Below are positions 19,122 to 29,033 of a stretch of 64,000 nt of DNA, in pieces. Both the position numbers and the translations under genes were made by a program. The notes under the pieces were generated by a model that had not been told where the DNA came from, searched no databases, and saw only the letters and a list, made by a program, of their open reading frames with translations. The stretch's first letter is position 1; each line of letters opens with the position of its first letter. The stretch lies in the IMG/VR virus record IMGVR_UViG_3300035212_003113, positions 62,001 to 126,000 of that record; one strand, written 5' to 3'.

Positions 19122-19784
19122 GTGCCAGATTACGGACCAGCTCGTAACTTCTTTAAGACAATTGATGCAGACACGGCAAACCGATACCGGGATTACTGGG
19201 AGTCGGTAGCACCCAAAAACGACTACGAGTCTTTCCAGCGATACCTGTTTGCATTTTGCAGCGTACACACTACCTTCAAAGGTAATGTGAATGGCTACCT
19301 TGCCATCAAGGATTATAATACTTGGGCCGACAATCACGACCGTCTTCTTGAGCTGCTAAAGGACAGCAAGGCTGGGCTACACAATAACCGAGCCAAGTAT
19401 ATCATGCAGTTTAGCAGACAGTACTGGGCAGACCCGCAGCGCTTCCGCTTCACTTCTAAAAAGAATCATGTTTCAAAGCGCAACGAGATTGCTGAGCGCA
19501 TTTCTGGCCTGGGCCTCGCTAAGGTGTCATTTGCCCTTGAAATGATTCATCCTAATTCTGCGCGTGTTGTCTGTGGCGACATTCATCAGTTGCGTTTCTA
19601 TGGCATGGAAGAGTGCCGTTATAAAAATGCGGCAGAAGTAAAGCAGTATCGTCTTATGGAGAATCACTGGGTAACTGGTGCCGCAAAAGCAGGAGTGTCG
19701 TCATATGTCGCACGCTGTATATTTTGGGACAAGCTGCAAGGCAAAGACGATTCCCGCTATTGGAGTTTTACTCTGGAGAGCTAG
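19122..19784 (+). CDS. HhH-GPD-superfamily DNA glycosylase (8-oxoG glycosylase-like)
   Basis: FAFCSVHT, GLHNNRAKYI, ISGLGLAKVSFAL (HhH), VCGDIH. Confidence 0.75.
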   Translation: MPDYGPARNFFKTIDADTANRYRDYWESVAPKNDYESFQRYLFAFCSVHTTFKGNVNGYLAIKDYNTWADNHDRLLELLKDSKAGLHNNRAKYIMQFSRQYWADPQRFRFTSKKNHVSKRNEIAERISGLGLAKVSFALEMIHPNSARVVCGDIHQLRFYGMEECRYKNAAEVKQYRLMENHWVTGAAKAGVSSYVARCIFWDKLQGKDDSRYWSFTLES

Positions 19785-20291
19785 ATGAAAAAGATTGCAT
19801 GTATCGGTACCCGAGAGATCAGCGAGGAAATGCGCCGCAAACTTAGTCTGTTTGGCAAGATGATTGTCATGCGCGGCTACGAGTTGCATACCGGCAACGC
19901 TCTTGGTTCCGATGCTGCATTTGCTGAGGGCGGCAACAAGCTACCAGGTCAAGTCCATTTGCATTTGCCTTGGAGTAGCTATAATGCGGGATTAATCAAT
20001 CCCAGTAATGTTGTGCACACCTCTTATTCATCAGCTCTTGCTGAACTTGCGGCTGGCTGTCATCCTGCATGGAACGCTTGTTCACAGGGTACAAAAAAGA
20101 TGCTTACGCGAAATGCTAGCATTGTTTCGGTAGCTGACATCGTCGTATACCATGTTGACGAATCTAAGCTGGGTGGCGGTGGTACTGGCCATGGCGTCCG
20201 TATCGCATGTAATCTAAAAAAGCCGCAGCTGGCAATTACGGTAGATAGTACAATAGAGCAGATATATGAAGCATTCTTCAAGATTGAGTGA
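19785..20291 (+). CDS. SLOG/DprA-like protein
   Basis: IGTRE, HTGNALGSDAAFAEG, RNASIV, GGTGHGVRIA. Confidence 0.8.
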   Translation: MKKIACIGTREISEEMRRKLSLFGKMIVMRGYELHTGNALGSDAAFAEGGNKLPGQVHLHLPWSSYNAGLINPSNVVHTSYSSALAELAAGCHPAWNACSQGTKKMLTRNASIVSVADIVVYHVDESKLGGGGTGHGVRIACNLKKPQLAITVDSTIEQIYEAFFKIE

Positions 20292-20425
20292 TGCATTTCT
20301 TCTGGGATGTTTAGCAGTTATAGTGCTGCTTATGAACACGAGCGATCCTGGTAGCAATGTCTTCCTTGCAGTCATGTTGCTGCCATCTGCATTTGTATTC
20401 TGCTCTTTGATGGCGGAGACCTTCC

Positions 20426-21268
20426 TTGGCAAAGAATAGCTTAGGCAAAATACTATGGGATATGGCTAAGCGCGGCGATGCCTTTTTGCTTAACACAAAA
20501 AAGGCTACGCAGGTTCTTGTGCCATATGGCAAGTATGCCGGTGCGTGGACATATGCAAAGTCTACCAGAACTTGTCGCTGGGCATTCACATTCCCAGCCG
20601 AATTGGCAGATAGCAAGGCGAAGGCATATGGCCCCAGTGGAAAGTCTAAGACTTTCCCTCTGCCGGATACAATTTATAGTTGGATGGGCGGCGGACATCC
20701 AGGAAAAATTCATGCTGCAAATAGGTCGCAACTAGCCTGGGCGGTTACAAAGTGGGCCGCATTCAATGCAAGCCGTTTGCGACCTATTTCGGAACTGCTC
20801 GCTTTAGTTGATAGTTCTATTGCCTTCTCTAGCTGGCAGGCCAAAGTGGGCTTGCGCTGGGCGCTGGCTTTCTCTATGCCAGATGCGCTGCGTGCAATGG
20901 CGGCAGACAGGGCGGATTTCATCCGCAAATTGGATTTCATTGGAAAGTCAGCAACCTTTATGCGGCACCTATCTCCATCCCGCCGCCAGCGGTTTGTTGC
21001 CAGATGCTTGCGTGGTGGACCAGAGTTTGCGGTACGCAAGGTGTTCCGCCGAGCAGATGCAGATTTAATTTCAAGTGTTTTTGAAGGCAATGCCTGGAAG
21101 TGCGAGCCTGGCTTGGCTCATGTATTTTTAGCGTCTGCCGAGAAAAACCAGACTTTGAATAAATTTGATTCGTTGTTGCATATGGCTCAAAGTGGATCTT
21201 CTAGAAAGATAAGCAGATTAAAAATCCACTTTGTAGATGAAGCTAATCACGGCGGCCCTAATACTTGA
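20426..21268 (+). CDS. hypothetical protein
   Basis: Long ORF; start uncertain. Confidence 0.55.
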   Translation: MAKNSLGKILWDMAKRGDAFLLNTKKATQVLVPYGKYAGAWTYAKSTRTCRWAFTFPAELADSKAKAYGPSGKSKTFPLPDTIYSWMGGGHPGKIHAANRSQLAWAVTKWAAFNASRLRPISELLALVDSSIAFSSWQAKVGLRWALAFSMPDALRAMAADRADFIRKLDFIGKSATFMRHLSPSRRQRFVARCLRGGPEFAVRKVFRRADADLISSVFEGNAWKCEPGLAHVFLASAEKNQTLNKFDSLLHMAQSGSSRKISRLKIHFVDEANHGGPNT

Positions 21269-21635
21269 GCCTGATTTAAAGCGGCGTTTAATGCTTGCTC
21301 TGGAAATGACTGCGGCCGAAAGACATGGATGCGCGCGAGGAGAAGTGCTGCCAGCATATGTTGGCATGATAGAAAGCATTCTGCATGATAAGTTCCTAAC
21401 TAGAGGAAAGCTAGATTTCTGCCTAGGAGTACGTTCATTTAGGACGCTTAGGATTGGTCGCCTACCACATATAAGGGATCATTCAGATTTTTTCTGTAGC
21501 GATTACTCATCTGTGTTCTCTATAGGAGGATCTCCTACTTCTCCAAGTATACTTTCTGTTGTTTGTGGCGATGTAGTATATCTTTATCCGGATGAGACAA
21601 TGATGCTTGCGTATTCTACGTCGCTTGATGAGTAA
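21237..21635 (+). CDS. MKL-start hypothetical protein
   Basis: MKLITAALIL. Confidence 0.6.
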   Translation: MKLITAALILEPDLKRRLMLALEMTAAERHGCARGEVLPAYVGMIESILHDKFLTRGKLDFCLGVRSFRTLRIGRLPHIRDHSDFFCSDYSSVFSIGGSPTSPSILSVVCGDVVYLYPDETMMLAYSTSLDE

Positions 21636-21728
21636 AACATCCGCTGATAAGTCACAGATAGCTTTCCTAGATATTTTAGCGGGCAGTCGGCGACAGGTTC
21701 GGCTCCCACCATAAGACATGCAATAGCA

Positions 21729-21766
21729 GGTCGCGGCGGGCCTAAAGCCGGTGTCGGGCGATCCTG
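21729..21766 (+). promoter_or_regulatory. CCTAAA-N13-GATCC hairpin element, copy 6
   Basis: CCTAAA 21741-21746, GATCC 21760-21764; nearly identical to copy 2. Confidence 0.8.
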
Positions 21767-21799
21767 GTGCTCGCCGGAACCCGCATAGGGAGACAGAGA

Positions 21800-22201
21800 A
21801 TGAAGCTAGTAGATGCCGCAGCTCTGTATTTCCCAGAAATGCTGCGCACAATAGATGAAAATCTGTTCGTGCCCCGTACAGTTGTTGATGCTTGGTCATA
21901 CATGGTCCGCAATATAATGTATCAACCGATAAATTGTGGATGGGGCTACTTTGACGGCATGGAGTACAAACGGCCCTATGCTATATGCAATATTGAGCTT
22001 GCCGGAGATAAGCCGTCAGTATATCTACAAACAGATTATGCTGATGGTTGCGAGAAAACCCATTCATCTGACCCGGCATTTTGGTTTTACTACTACGAAG
22101 ATCGGCGTCTGCGGGCTGCCTTTGACGCAGATCCGCGCGCGCTACTATCCAATAACAGCAGATTTTTCTTTTGGAGAAAAGCTTATGTTGATCTGCCTTG
22201 A
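21800..22201 (+). CDS. MKL-family protein, probable paralog of 22339
   Basis: MKLVDAAALYFPEMLRTIDENLFVP; GGGAG SD. Confidence 0.65.
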   Translation: MKLVDAAALYFPEMLRTIDENLFVPRTVVDAWSYMVRNIMYQPINCGWGYFDGMEYKRPYAICNIELAGDKPSVYLQTDYADGCEKTHSSDPAFWFYYYEDRRLRAAFDADPRALLSNNSRFFFWRKAYVDLP

Positions 22202-22338
22202 TGAAATTCAGGTTAGCTTTGACGACATCCCTCTTGGCACAGAGCTGGCAGAGTTAGGAGCATGGAGCGAATGCCGTCATTTGTTTAATCGTCCTAACGA
22301 AGCCGTTTACCGCATATGTAATAATTCACCAGTAAATG

Positions 22339-22680
22339 GTGAAGCTGGCGAACTGGACAGCAAGATTTGCGCCTAAGCAGCTAATAGCGCTTGATCCAAT
22401 TCTTCGTTTCCCGGATTTTCTAACAGAAGAAGATGCCATTCAGATACTGTCAACCGGAAACTCCATTTTCTGGGAGACGAGCCCGCCAGATATAAGTATA
22501 TTTTATTACGCGTACATAGATCTGGCCAGCGGACTTGTTTATTCTGATCGCAATATTAGTCCCAATTTTATATCGTTTCACTTTTCTGGCTTGGGAGATG
22601 ACAGACTACAGGAACTGAAAAAGCTATATCCCGAGCGAGTGGTGTTTGATTTCCTTTATGTTTCTATGGAGATAGGCTAG
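22339..22680 (+). CDS. MKL-family protein, probable paralog of 21800
   Basis: MKLANWTARFAPKQLIALDPILRFP. Confidence 0.6.
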   Translation: MKLANWTARFAPKQLIALDPILRFPDFLTEEDAIQILSTGNSIFWETSPPDISIFYYAYIDLASGLVYSDRNISPNFISFHFSGLGDDRLQELKKLYPERVVFDFLYVSMEIG

Positions 22681-22831
22681 TGGCAGACCGGTTGCTGTTG
22701 CTGGCGAAGTTCACGGTGCTTTGTCTTTGCTGCTGCACCGGATTACTGCCAAGCATAGGTGCCGAACTAATAAAAATTGCTGCGGGTCTTTTTGTGGCCA
22801 TCTGGCTAACGGAAGCGGTGAGGAAAGAACA

Positions 22832-23143
22832 ATGAAGCTAGGATTTAAGCAAATCGTTCTATTCGGTGATCCAGACCTGTTAAGCGCTACTATAGAAAAT
22901 ACTGCCAATGTGCGTGTGCCACGGGCCATCATTGGTCGCTTCTATGAGGCCTGCGAAGCCACTTTATTCTATAGAACTTCTGAAGAATCCTGCGCCAGTA
23001 TTAACCGGGCAGGCGAAGTCAAAAAAAATATAATGTGGCCGCGCCATATCCCTGGCAACGCTTTTGTGATCGCATATAACAAGAGCACTGTCAACGTTTA
23101 CTTGGAAAAGGAAACCAAGGATGAATCCATCGCTTTTCTCTAG
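22832..23143 (+). CDS. MKL-start hypothetical protein
   Basis: GAGGA SD; MKLGFKQIVL. Confidence 0.6.
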   Translation: MKLGFKQIVLFGDPDLLSATIENTANVRVPRAIIGRFYEACEATLFYRTSEESCASINRAGEVKKNIMWPRHIPGNAFVIAYNKSTVNVYLEKETKDESIAFL

Positions 23144-23762
23144 CCCAGAGATGCTCGCTGACATTAATGCTGGCACGGCATATCTACAGGGCCTGCACGA
23201 TGGGTTGTTCCCGGCGCCACCAGGTATTTCTCAGGAATGCATGACTGCTGCAATGAAGGTTTGGGTTGATAGCAGAAACCATCTGCTAAACAACATAAAA
23301 GCAGACTTCAAAGATATTGCTGCTGCCTCTGCCGCTGGCAAGCCAATTGCTTTACTGCGTGCAGCTCTTGCAACCAGAATTGAGGCTTATAACGGCGTAT
23401 ACCTGCCGCAATTCATGGAATCATTCGAGGCTGCTACAGGTGGCACTCCGCCTGAAGGCTGGCTATTTTCTCTGCCTCCCCGAGAGTGGAGGCGCGCAGC
23501 AAAAGCGAACATGTGCCTTAATCCCACCGACGATCCGCGGTGCCTGTTCGTGTCAAAGCCTTCATTTTACATGAGGGCACTAGATAATCTCCTTAGCATG
23601 GACCCTCATTCGGCATTGGTTTCAGCGCTATTTAACTCGTCCCTATTCCTGGTGGCACTTGCTGCCACCGGGCATCCACGAGCAATGAGCCTCTTGCTGG
23701 AGGCCATTTTCCTTGTAGTGACAGCTGTCGCATATCTTGGCCTGGCCAAGAGGAGTACTTAG
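23121..23762 (+). CDS. hypothetical protein with C-terminal TM segments
   Basis: 213-aa ORF. Confidence 0.65.
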   Translation: MNPSLFSSPEMLADINAGTAYLQGLHDGLFPAPPGISQECMTAAMKVWVDSRNHLLNNIKADFKDIAAASAAGKPIALLRAALATRIEAYNGVYLPQFMESFEAATGGTPPEGWLFSLPPREWRRAAKANMCLNPTDDPRCLFVSKPSFYMRALDNLLSMDPHSALVSALFNSSLFLVALAATGHPRAMSLLLEAIFLVVTAVAYLGLAKRST

Positions 23763-23965
23763 AGTGAACAATGTAACTGCCAAGCACAGAATCTTTATCT
23801 CTGATGATAGCGGGCCAGGTCCTCTGTTTAAGACTGAATATGTTTTCGTGGCGGCAGAACCCGGGGATAGCGGCAGCATAATTGGACCTGAAGGGAGTGG
23901 GCTGCTTGTTGCATTCCATCGCACCAGACTCGTTGCCGTAGTACAAGAAGAAAGCATCTGCCGAG

Positions 23966-24439
23966 ATGAAGCTTGAGTACTTTATCGAGAAACAGCGCAT
24001 AGTGCAGATAAATGCTGCGCTGCCAGCGGGCGCCCGCTGGCCAAGTCTTCATGCCGTACTAAACGCTTGCGATCAACAAATGCCAATGTTTTCGGAGCAT
24101 GAAAATAAAGAAGGTATTTTCATTGGTTGGGGATGGGCTTATCCACATGAAGGTGACGTAGACCGGTGGCTTTATCATCATACTATAACCTCTGCCTTCC
24201 GTGATGCCGGCCTGGATCGTTTTTTTGGATTCCACTATGATAGCGCAATCGAAGCAGTCCGCAGTGGAAAAATAAAGGCTACGCCTGTTTTTAGTGTGGG
24301 CAAGGTAGCAGAATCTGCCAAATTTGCACGCATACTGCGGAGTATAGGTGTGAAGGCGTATGTGAATATGCCACCACTAACGTCAGTCGAGCCATATGAG
24401 AGAAATAGTAATCACAGACATACACGGGTGCTACGATGA
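23966..24439 (+). CDS. MKL-start hypothetical protein
   Basis: MKLEYFIEKQ. Confidence 0.6.
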   Translation: MKLEYFIEKQRIVQINAALPAGARWPSLHAVLNACDQQMPMFSEHENKEGIFIGWGWAYPHEGDVDRWLYHHTITSAFRDAGLDRFFGFHYDSAIEAVRSGKIKATPVFSVGKVAESAKFARILRSIGVKAYVNMPPLTSVEPYERNSNHRHTRVLR

Positions 24440-25166
24440 GCTGAGGGCGCTTCTCAGCGAAGTTGACTTTGGCCCAGGCGACCTAATCATAGGCGCATCT
24501 GATTGCGTAGACAAAGGACCAGCATCTGCACAAGTAGTTAAGTATCTGCGACAGCTAGCTGATGCCGGACAACTAGTGCATATAAAAGGCAACCACGAAG
24601 TAAAGTTCCTTAAATTCGTTGCGCGCTATCGTAAAGATCCCGAGAGTGCAATGGAGCACAAAAGCAGCAGGGAAATGCTGCGAACACTAAGCTCACTAGG
24701 AGATGCCGACCTAGATTGGCTTTCTGAAGCCAAACTATGGCATCCTGTATCAGGATATCCGGGAATTGTGATGCATGCCGGTGTAGAGCCTGGGCTTAGG
24801 AGCTTGCCTACCACCGGCAAAGTAAAAGACAGCGAACTGGGTCATTTTAGCCAGATGATATACTGTCGCTATGTCCGTGCTGGCAAAATGGTTAGGCTGG
24901 GCGATGAAGACGACTCTTGCTCCTTTTGGGCCGACCAGTATGATGGCAGGTTTGGACACGTATTCTATGGCCATCAGCCATGGATGCAGCCAGTTCCCAG
25001 GTTAACGTCAAATACATCTGGCCTAGACCTAGGATGCGTAATGGGCGGCCGCCTAGCAGCTGCTGTTATAGAAGGAGGTAAGGTTCATTATGCCTCGGTG
25101 CCAGGGGCTGATTATGTGTCTGCCCGGCGCCAGAAAGAGAACAATGAAGACTTACCTATTTGCTGA
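24396..25166 (+). CDS. calcineurin-like metallophosphoesterase (PrpE/ApaH-like)
   Basis: DIHG, DCVDKG, GNHE, HAG, YGH, LDLGCVMGGRL. Confidence 0.9.
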   Translation: MREIVITDIHGCYDELRALLSEVDFGPGDLIIGASDCVDKGPASAQVVKYLRQLADAGQLVHIKGNHEVKFLKFVARYRKDPESAMEHKSSREMLRTLSSLGDADLDWLSEAKLWHPVSGYPGIVMHAGVEPGLRSLPTTGKVKDSELGHFSQMIYCRYVRAGKMVRLGDEDDSCSFWADQYDGRFGHVFYGHQPWMQPVPRLTSNTSGLDLGCVMGGRLAAAVIEGGKVHYASVPGADYVSARRQKENNEDLPIC

Positions 25167-25689
25167 TATGGAATTCAGCGGCCTAGACATAGAGCTGCAC
25201 CGACCGCTAGAGATAGCTATAATTGCAACTGATAAGGCTTTTAAGTCTATCAAGACTTACTCATCAACGTTTTACTGGGAAGAGATTCAGTTTAACGAGT
25301 GGAGCGAAGAGCGGCATGCAGTATCAGGTCTACTAGACGATATATGTGACGGGCGGGATGCCGGTGACATCGATGCAGATTTGCTACGATTTTGCTCAGG
25401 CCTGAGCGGCGACTTAGTGCTAGCCGGCCAGTCTGTTCATGTGGATAGGAGCTGGATTGCGCGGTATTTGCCGCAGTTTGCAAAAAAGCTGAATCACAGA
25501 GTATTCGATCTAACTACAATAGACATGATGCTTGAAGACCGCGGATCATCTATCCGCAATCGCTCTAATGTGCATCGTGCTATGGCTGATGTTCGCGCAG
25601 CTGTAAAAAGTGCCCAGCATTATGCCGCAAGCATATCTTATTCGGCATCACTAAATGGGGTCAATATTGAATCGAGAGACAGCCTTTAA
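25144..25689 (+). CDS. orn: oligoribonuclease-like DEDDh exonuclease
   Basis: DMEFSGLD, LEIAII.TD, H..SGL, LAGQSVHVDR, HRAMADV. Confidence 0.85.
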   Translation: MKTYLFADMEFSGLDIELHRPLEIAIIATDKAFKSIKTYSSTFYWEEIQFNEWSEERHAVSGLLDDICDGRDAGDIDADLLRFCSGLSGDLVLAGQSVHVDRSWIARYLPQFAKKLNHRVFDLTTIDMMLEDRGSSIRNRSNVHRAMADVRAAVKSAQHYAASISYSASLNGVNIESRDSL

Positions 25690-25879
25690 AAAATCAGTAG
25701 TGAGCTTTCTTGCCGAAACCAAGAAAGACATAGGGCAGACTGCGGACTTACTAGGAGTAGATGCGCGTACGATAGCAAAGTGGATGAGCGGGGACGTAGT
25801 GCCGCATACTCTTTTGCAGCCATATATCATAGCAATCCTACAGGCTGAACGCGATTCTGCTAATAACAAAGCTACATAA
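25655..25879 (+). CDS. XRE-like HTH protein
   Basis: TADLLGVDARTIAKWMSG..P. Confidence 0.7.
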   Translation: MGSILNRETAFKKSVVSFLAETKKDIGQTADLLGVDARTIAKWMSGDVVPHTLLQPYIIAILQAERDSANNKAT

Positions 25880-25912
25880 AGCATTATGTAATTATATATA
25901 AAAGGAGGGCCG

Positions 25913-26104
25913 ATGAGGAGCATCGACGATATAATTCGGCGCACTGCCATGCGCACCCTCGGTTTTCTAGTGAAGGATGCATGCGACCAGCAGCGTGCCC
26001 AGATAGAAGAAGTTGCCTCACTGGTTAATAGTGACGAGCAGCTCGACTACGAGGAGCTTGTTCGCAAGATTACCGCACTAAAGAAAAAGCGTAAGGAATG
26101 CTGA
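25913..26104 (+). CDS. hypothetical protein
   Basis: AAGGAGG SD. Confidence 0.6.
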   Translation: MRSIDDIIRRTAMRTLGFLVKDACDQQRAQIEEVASLVNSDEQLDYEELVRKITALKKKRKEC

Positions 26105-26107
26105 GTA

Positions 26108-26509
26108 ATGAAACACCGTAACTGTCACTTGGCGATGCATTTAGTAGGCAATCGCGGGGCGGGAGTCCATAGCTCCAATTATGCCACACTGCGACACGAG
26201 CCTGCGCCAGAGTTCGGCGAACTAGCCGATGACGAGCTTCGAGAGCATGTGCTCTCCGAAATAGCAGCCCGTGAAGCGAAGGGCGCAACCCGTCATTATA
26301 GCACAAACTTCTTGGGCTTTGCCCGCAACAGCGACATCAACTATTGTCTTGACTCTCTTGTAGAGCAAGGGATTCTGCTTGTAAGCAGGGAATACAGATG
26401 TTCTAGCTGCGGAGCCGCAACAGTGACCAAGTCTCGTATAAATGCTATGCAAAGCGACTGCTGCGCCGCACCGCGTTACAGGATGACCTCAGAATTTTTC
26501 TCATCCTAG
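26108..26509 (+). CDS. hypothetical protein with Zn ribbon
   Basis: CSSCG...CC. Confidence 0.5.
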   Translation: MKHRNCHLAMHLVGNRGAGVHSSNYATLRHEPAPEFGELADDELREHVLSEIAAREAKGATRHYSTNFLGFARNSDINYCLDSLVEQGILLVSREYRCSSCGAATVTKSRINAMQSDCCAAPRYRMTSEFFSS

Positions 26510-26522
26510 AAAGGCCCTATGT

Positions 26523-27716
26523 ATGCGCAAGGCTCTGGCTCTTTTACTCTTGATCGGCTGTTCTGAAGAAATACTAGTAGCGCAGGAAAAGTGCGGGGCG
26601 CCCTGCGCCGTTGTAGATGGCAGCCTACTGCTAAATGATGACGCACTAGAAGCTACTTGTAGGCCCGGCACGTCGGTCTGCGAGGGCGAGAGCGAGGTCA
26701 CCTGTCCTAATTATGTGCCGCCAACCCGAGAAGAGATTTGCGGTAGTTTTCCTGACGATGACTGCAACCCAGCGTCAAAAGAATCTGATATAGAGATTAT
26801 ACCTGGCTGGTACAGCAATACATGCGACAACACTGAGCTAGGCGTGTGTAAAAAATCATACATGATCTGCGTAAACGGCGAACTTGTATGCGACCACAGA
26901 CGCAAGGCCACTGAGGTCTGCGATTACGAACTCGAAGACGAGGATTGCGACGGCCTTGTCAATGAGGAAGATCCTGACATGGTATTTACCATACCGCTCT
27001 TCAGATATGATGGCGACATAAGCACAGCTAATGTTGGTGCCTGCAAAATCGGGGCAGCTCGTTGTATAGCTGGCGTTCAGAGGCACGAGGGCATGGTCCT
27101 GCCTCGAGCCGAAGAATGCGGCAATAATATTGATGACGATTGCGATGGCCTAACTGATGAGCGAGAAGGACAAGCTGATCCTCGGTCTTTCCTACTGCTA
27201 CTAGACTACAGTGGATCAATGTCTGACTACATAAGTAACGTAGAGAGTGCCCTCTGCGACTGGTCAGTAACGCGACCAGATGACTTCTTTGGCATTGGAG
27301 CATTTGGCGCATCCTACAACGGCAATACTTTTGAATACCTAGAGATCGTGCCATTTTCTCCTGCCGCAGATGCGTGCAGAGCAATGAGACGTGCAAATCC
27401 GCCCTCAAGTGGCTCTGAGTACGCTGCGCGAGCCGGTCTGATATTCCTTGAGGATAATCAGTGGCCAACCAGTGACCGGAGTGTTGTTATATTCTCGGAC
27501 GAAGAGCTGCAATACTACTCGACTACGGATGAAGCAAATTTCATAAACATGTGTGCAGAAAGCAGTGTCCAGCTTGGCATATACACGCTTCCTTCAGAAG
27601 AGTGGACGTATGATCCTATTGTAACAGGATGCAACGGCTGGGTAGAGTATCTTGGATCTAGACCTAGTATGATTGCCTCTCTAATTGCGCGCTTTGCCGG
27701 GCGCTGCACGCCATAG
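26523..27716 (+). CDS. lipoprotein with Cys/Asp-rich (MopE-related) repeats and C-terminal vWA domain
   Basis: Lipobox LLIGC; three E.C...D.DC repeats; LLLDYSGSM MIDAS; VVIFSDE. Confidence 0.8.
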   Translation: MRKALALLLLIGCSEEILVAQEKCGAPCAVVDGSLLLNDDALEATCRPGTSVCEGESEVTCPNYVPPTREEICGSFPDDDCNPASKESDIEIIPGWYSNTCDNTELGVCKKSYMICVNGELVCDHRRKATEVCDYELEDEDCDGLVNEEDPDMVFTIPLFRYDGDISTANVGACKIGAARCIAGVQRHEGMVLPRAEECGNNIDDDCDGLTDEREGQADPRSFLLLLDYSGSMSDYISNVESALCDWSVTRPDDFFGIGAFGASYNGNTFEYLEIVPFSPAADACRAMRRANPPSSGSEYAARAGLIFLEDNQWPTSDRSVVIFSDEELQYYSTTDEANFINMCAESSVQLGIYTLPSEEWTYDPIVTGCNGWVEYLGSRPSMIASLIARFAGRCTP

Positions 27717-27718
27717 CA

Positions 27719-27756
27719 GGTCGGGGCGGGCCTAAAGCCCGCTCCGCCCGATCCGG
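27719..27756 (+). promoter_or_regulatory. CCTAAA-N13-GATCC hairpin element, copy 7
   Basis: CCTAAA 27731-27736, GATCC 27750-27754; GCGGGC/GCCCGC stem. Confidence 0.82.
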
Positions 27757-27793
27757 TGGAGCGTCCGGCCCCCGCCGGAGAAAGGAAGTGCCC

Positions 27794-28123
27794 ATGACCG
27801 TTGAGCATAGCGACATTCGATATCAGCATTTTCATTGTGCAGAAACCGGCAGGCTGTGCCTGACGATTGCGTCAAAGACGCTAGAGAGCGGACGGATTCG
27901 TATAGCGGCTGCTATTGCAAGCAAGCGCGATGTACCAAGTCGCGCAGCCGGACGCAGGATCGCAGCAGGCAGACTTCTTAGCGTCAGATCAAAGTCGCTT
28001 GAACTTGACTTGGCCGAATTTCAGCAGATGGTCCGTGATCGGACTATTATCAAATTGTTCCCACATGCAGACGACTACGCACTATCTGCCCAGAAGTTTT
28101 TCAGAATCCTGAGTGGCAAATGA
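27794..28123 (+). CDS. hypothetical phage protein
   Basis: AAAGGAAG SD; D...R..GRRIA.GRL motif. Confidence 0.65.
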   Translation: MTVEHSDIRYQHFHCAETGRLCLTIASKTLESGRIRIAAAIASKRDVPSRAAGRRIAAGRLLSVRSKSLELDLAEFQQMVRDRTIIKLFPHADDYALSAQKFFRILSGK

Positions 28124-28341
28124 TTAGACTGTTTCTTGCTTCTGCTTACTGGTCGCTATTTCTGTGGTGGAACGACTACCTTTCAAAGACAGAACCGCCA
28201 GGCGAGCTGATCGGCAGCATGATCTGTCTAACTGGCAGCATCTACTTGGTTTATTTCACAGGAATTGCTACAGCAGAGCTGTTCCTAGGTCCGGTACGGG
28301 ATTACTATGAGAATACTGCTACCGAACCTAGGAAAGACTAA
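28120..28341 (+). CDS. membrane protein
   Basis: Two hydrophobic segments. Confidence 0.55.
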   Translation: MIRLFLASAYWSLFLWWNDYLSKTEPPGELIGSMICLTGSIYLVYFTGIATAELFLGPVRDYYENTATEPRKD

Positions 28342-28541
28342 CGTGCACTGCTGGAAGGCAAGTCTTTCAAGTGGCTCTGCAAACGCAACCGTTTTCATCA
28401 TTGCGCGATCAAAAGCAGACGCCAAGAACTCCATTTTCAATCGGTTCCTGCGATTAGAGCCCGGCACAATAACCTGGGAAGGCGAACCAACATTCTGGAT
28501 CGTCATGAATGAGATTATTTCTGTAGAGCAGGAGCTACCTG

Positions 28542-29033
28542 ATGAAGCTGGACGAAGCGGCAGCACTAATCAAGATCTCTGATCTGTCTTTTCTGAAAGA
28601 ACCGCACATGCAGTGCCTTGAGGCATTATTTGAGCATGCGGTCGACTGGCTGCTTCAAAATCCGCCAGGAATTTGTTGCCTAGACATAAGAGCATCACCA
28701 AGCTTCGACAACAGTCTTGATGCCAGCTTTTTTATTCTGGATGGTCGGGGCGACGCGGCGATTGCTCGCAGGCCACTGCGAAGTATGCACTTTCTTGAGC
28801 GGCGCTTTGCTGGAAAGCAAGTAGCATTTAACCTGATGCCTCTAGGTTCATGGTGCGGCGCAAATAGGTTTTCGTTTGACTGGATCAGTAGGAAACCGGA
28901 CGGGACGAAGCATGTCTCTCTTGTTTACCCAGGCTCTGTGATAGACTTCCCTTCGCTTGGCCTAAAGTTAGTTAATGAGTTTTTTGTTGAGGAGAATAAT
29001 AGTGGGAAAAGCAAAAGCACTGCAAGACTTTGA
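28542..29033 (+). CDS. MKL-start hypothetical protein
   Basis: AGGAG SD; MKLDEAAALI. Confidence 0.65.
   Translation: MKLDEAAALIKISDLSFLKEPHMQCLEALFEHAVDWLLQNPPGICCLDIRASPSFDNSLDASFFILDGRGDAAIARRPLRSMHFLERRFAGKQVAFNLMPLGSWCGANRFSFDWISRKPDGTKHVSLVYPGSVIDFPSLGLKLVNEFFVEENNSGKSKSTARL

Noticed and set aside
23764-23976. GDSGS trypsin-like motif in a 70-aa ORF
   Set aside because: Too short, and no catalytic His/Asp half found; at most a fragment
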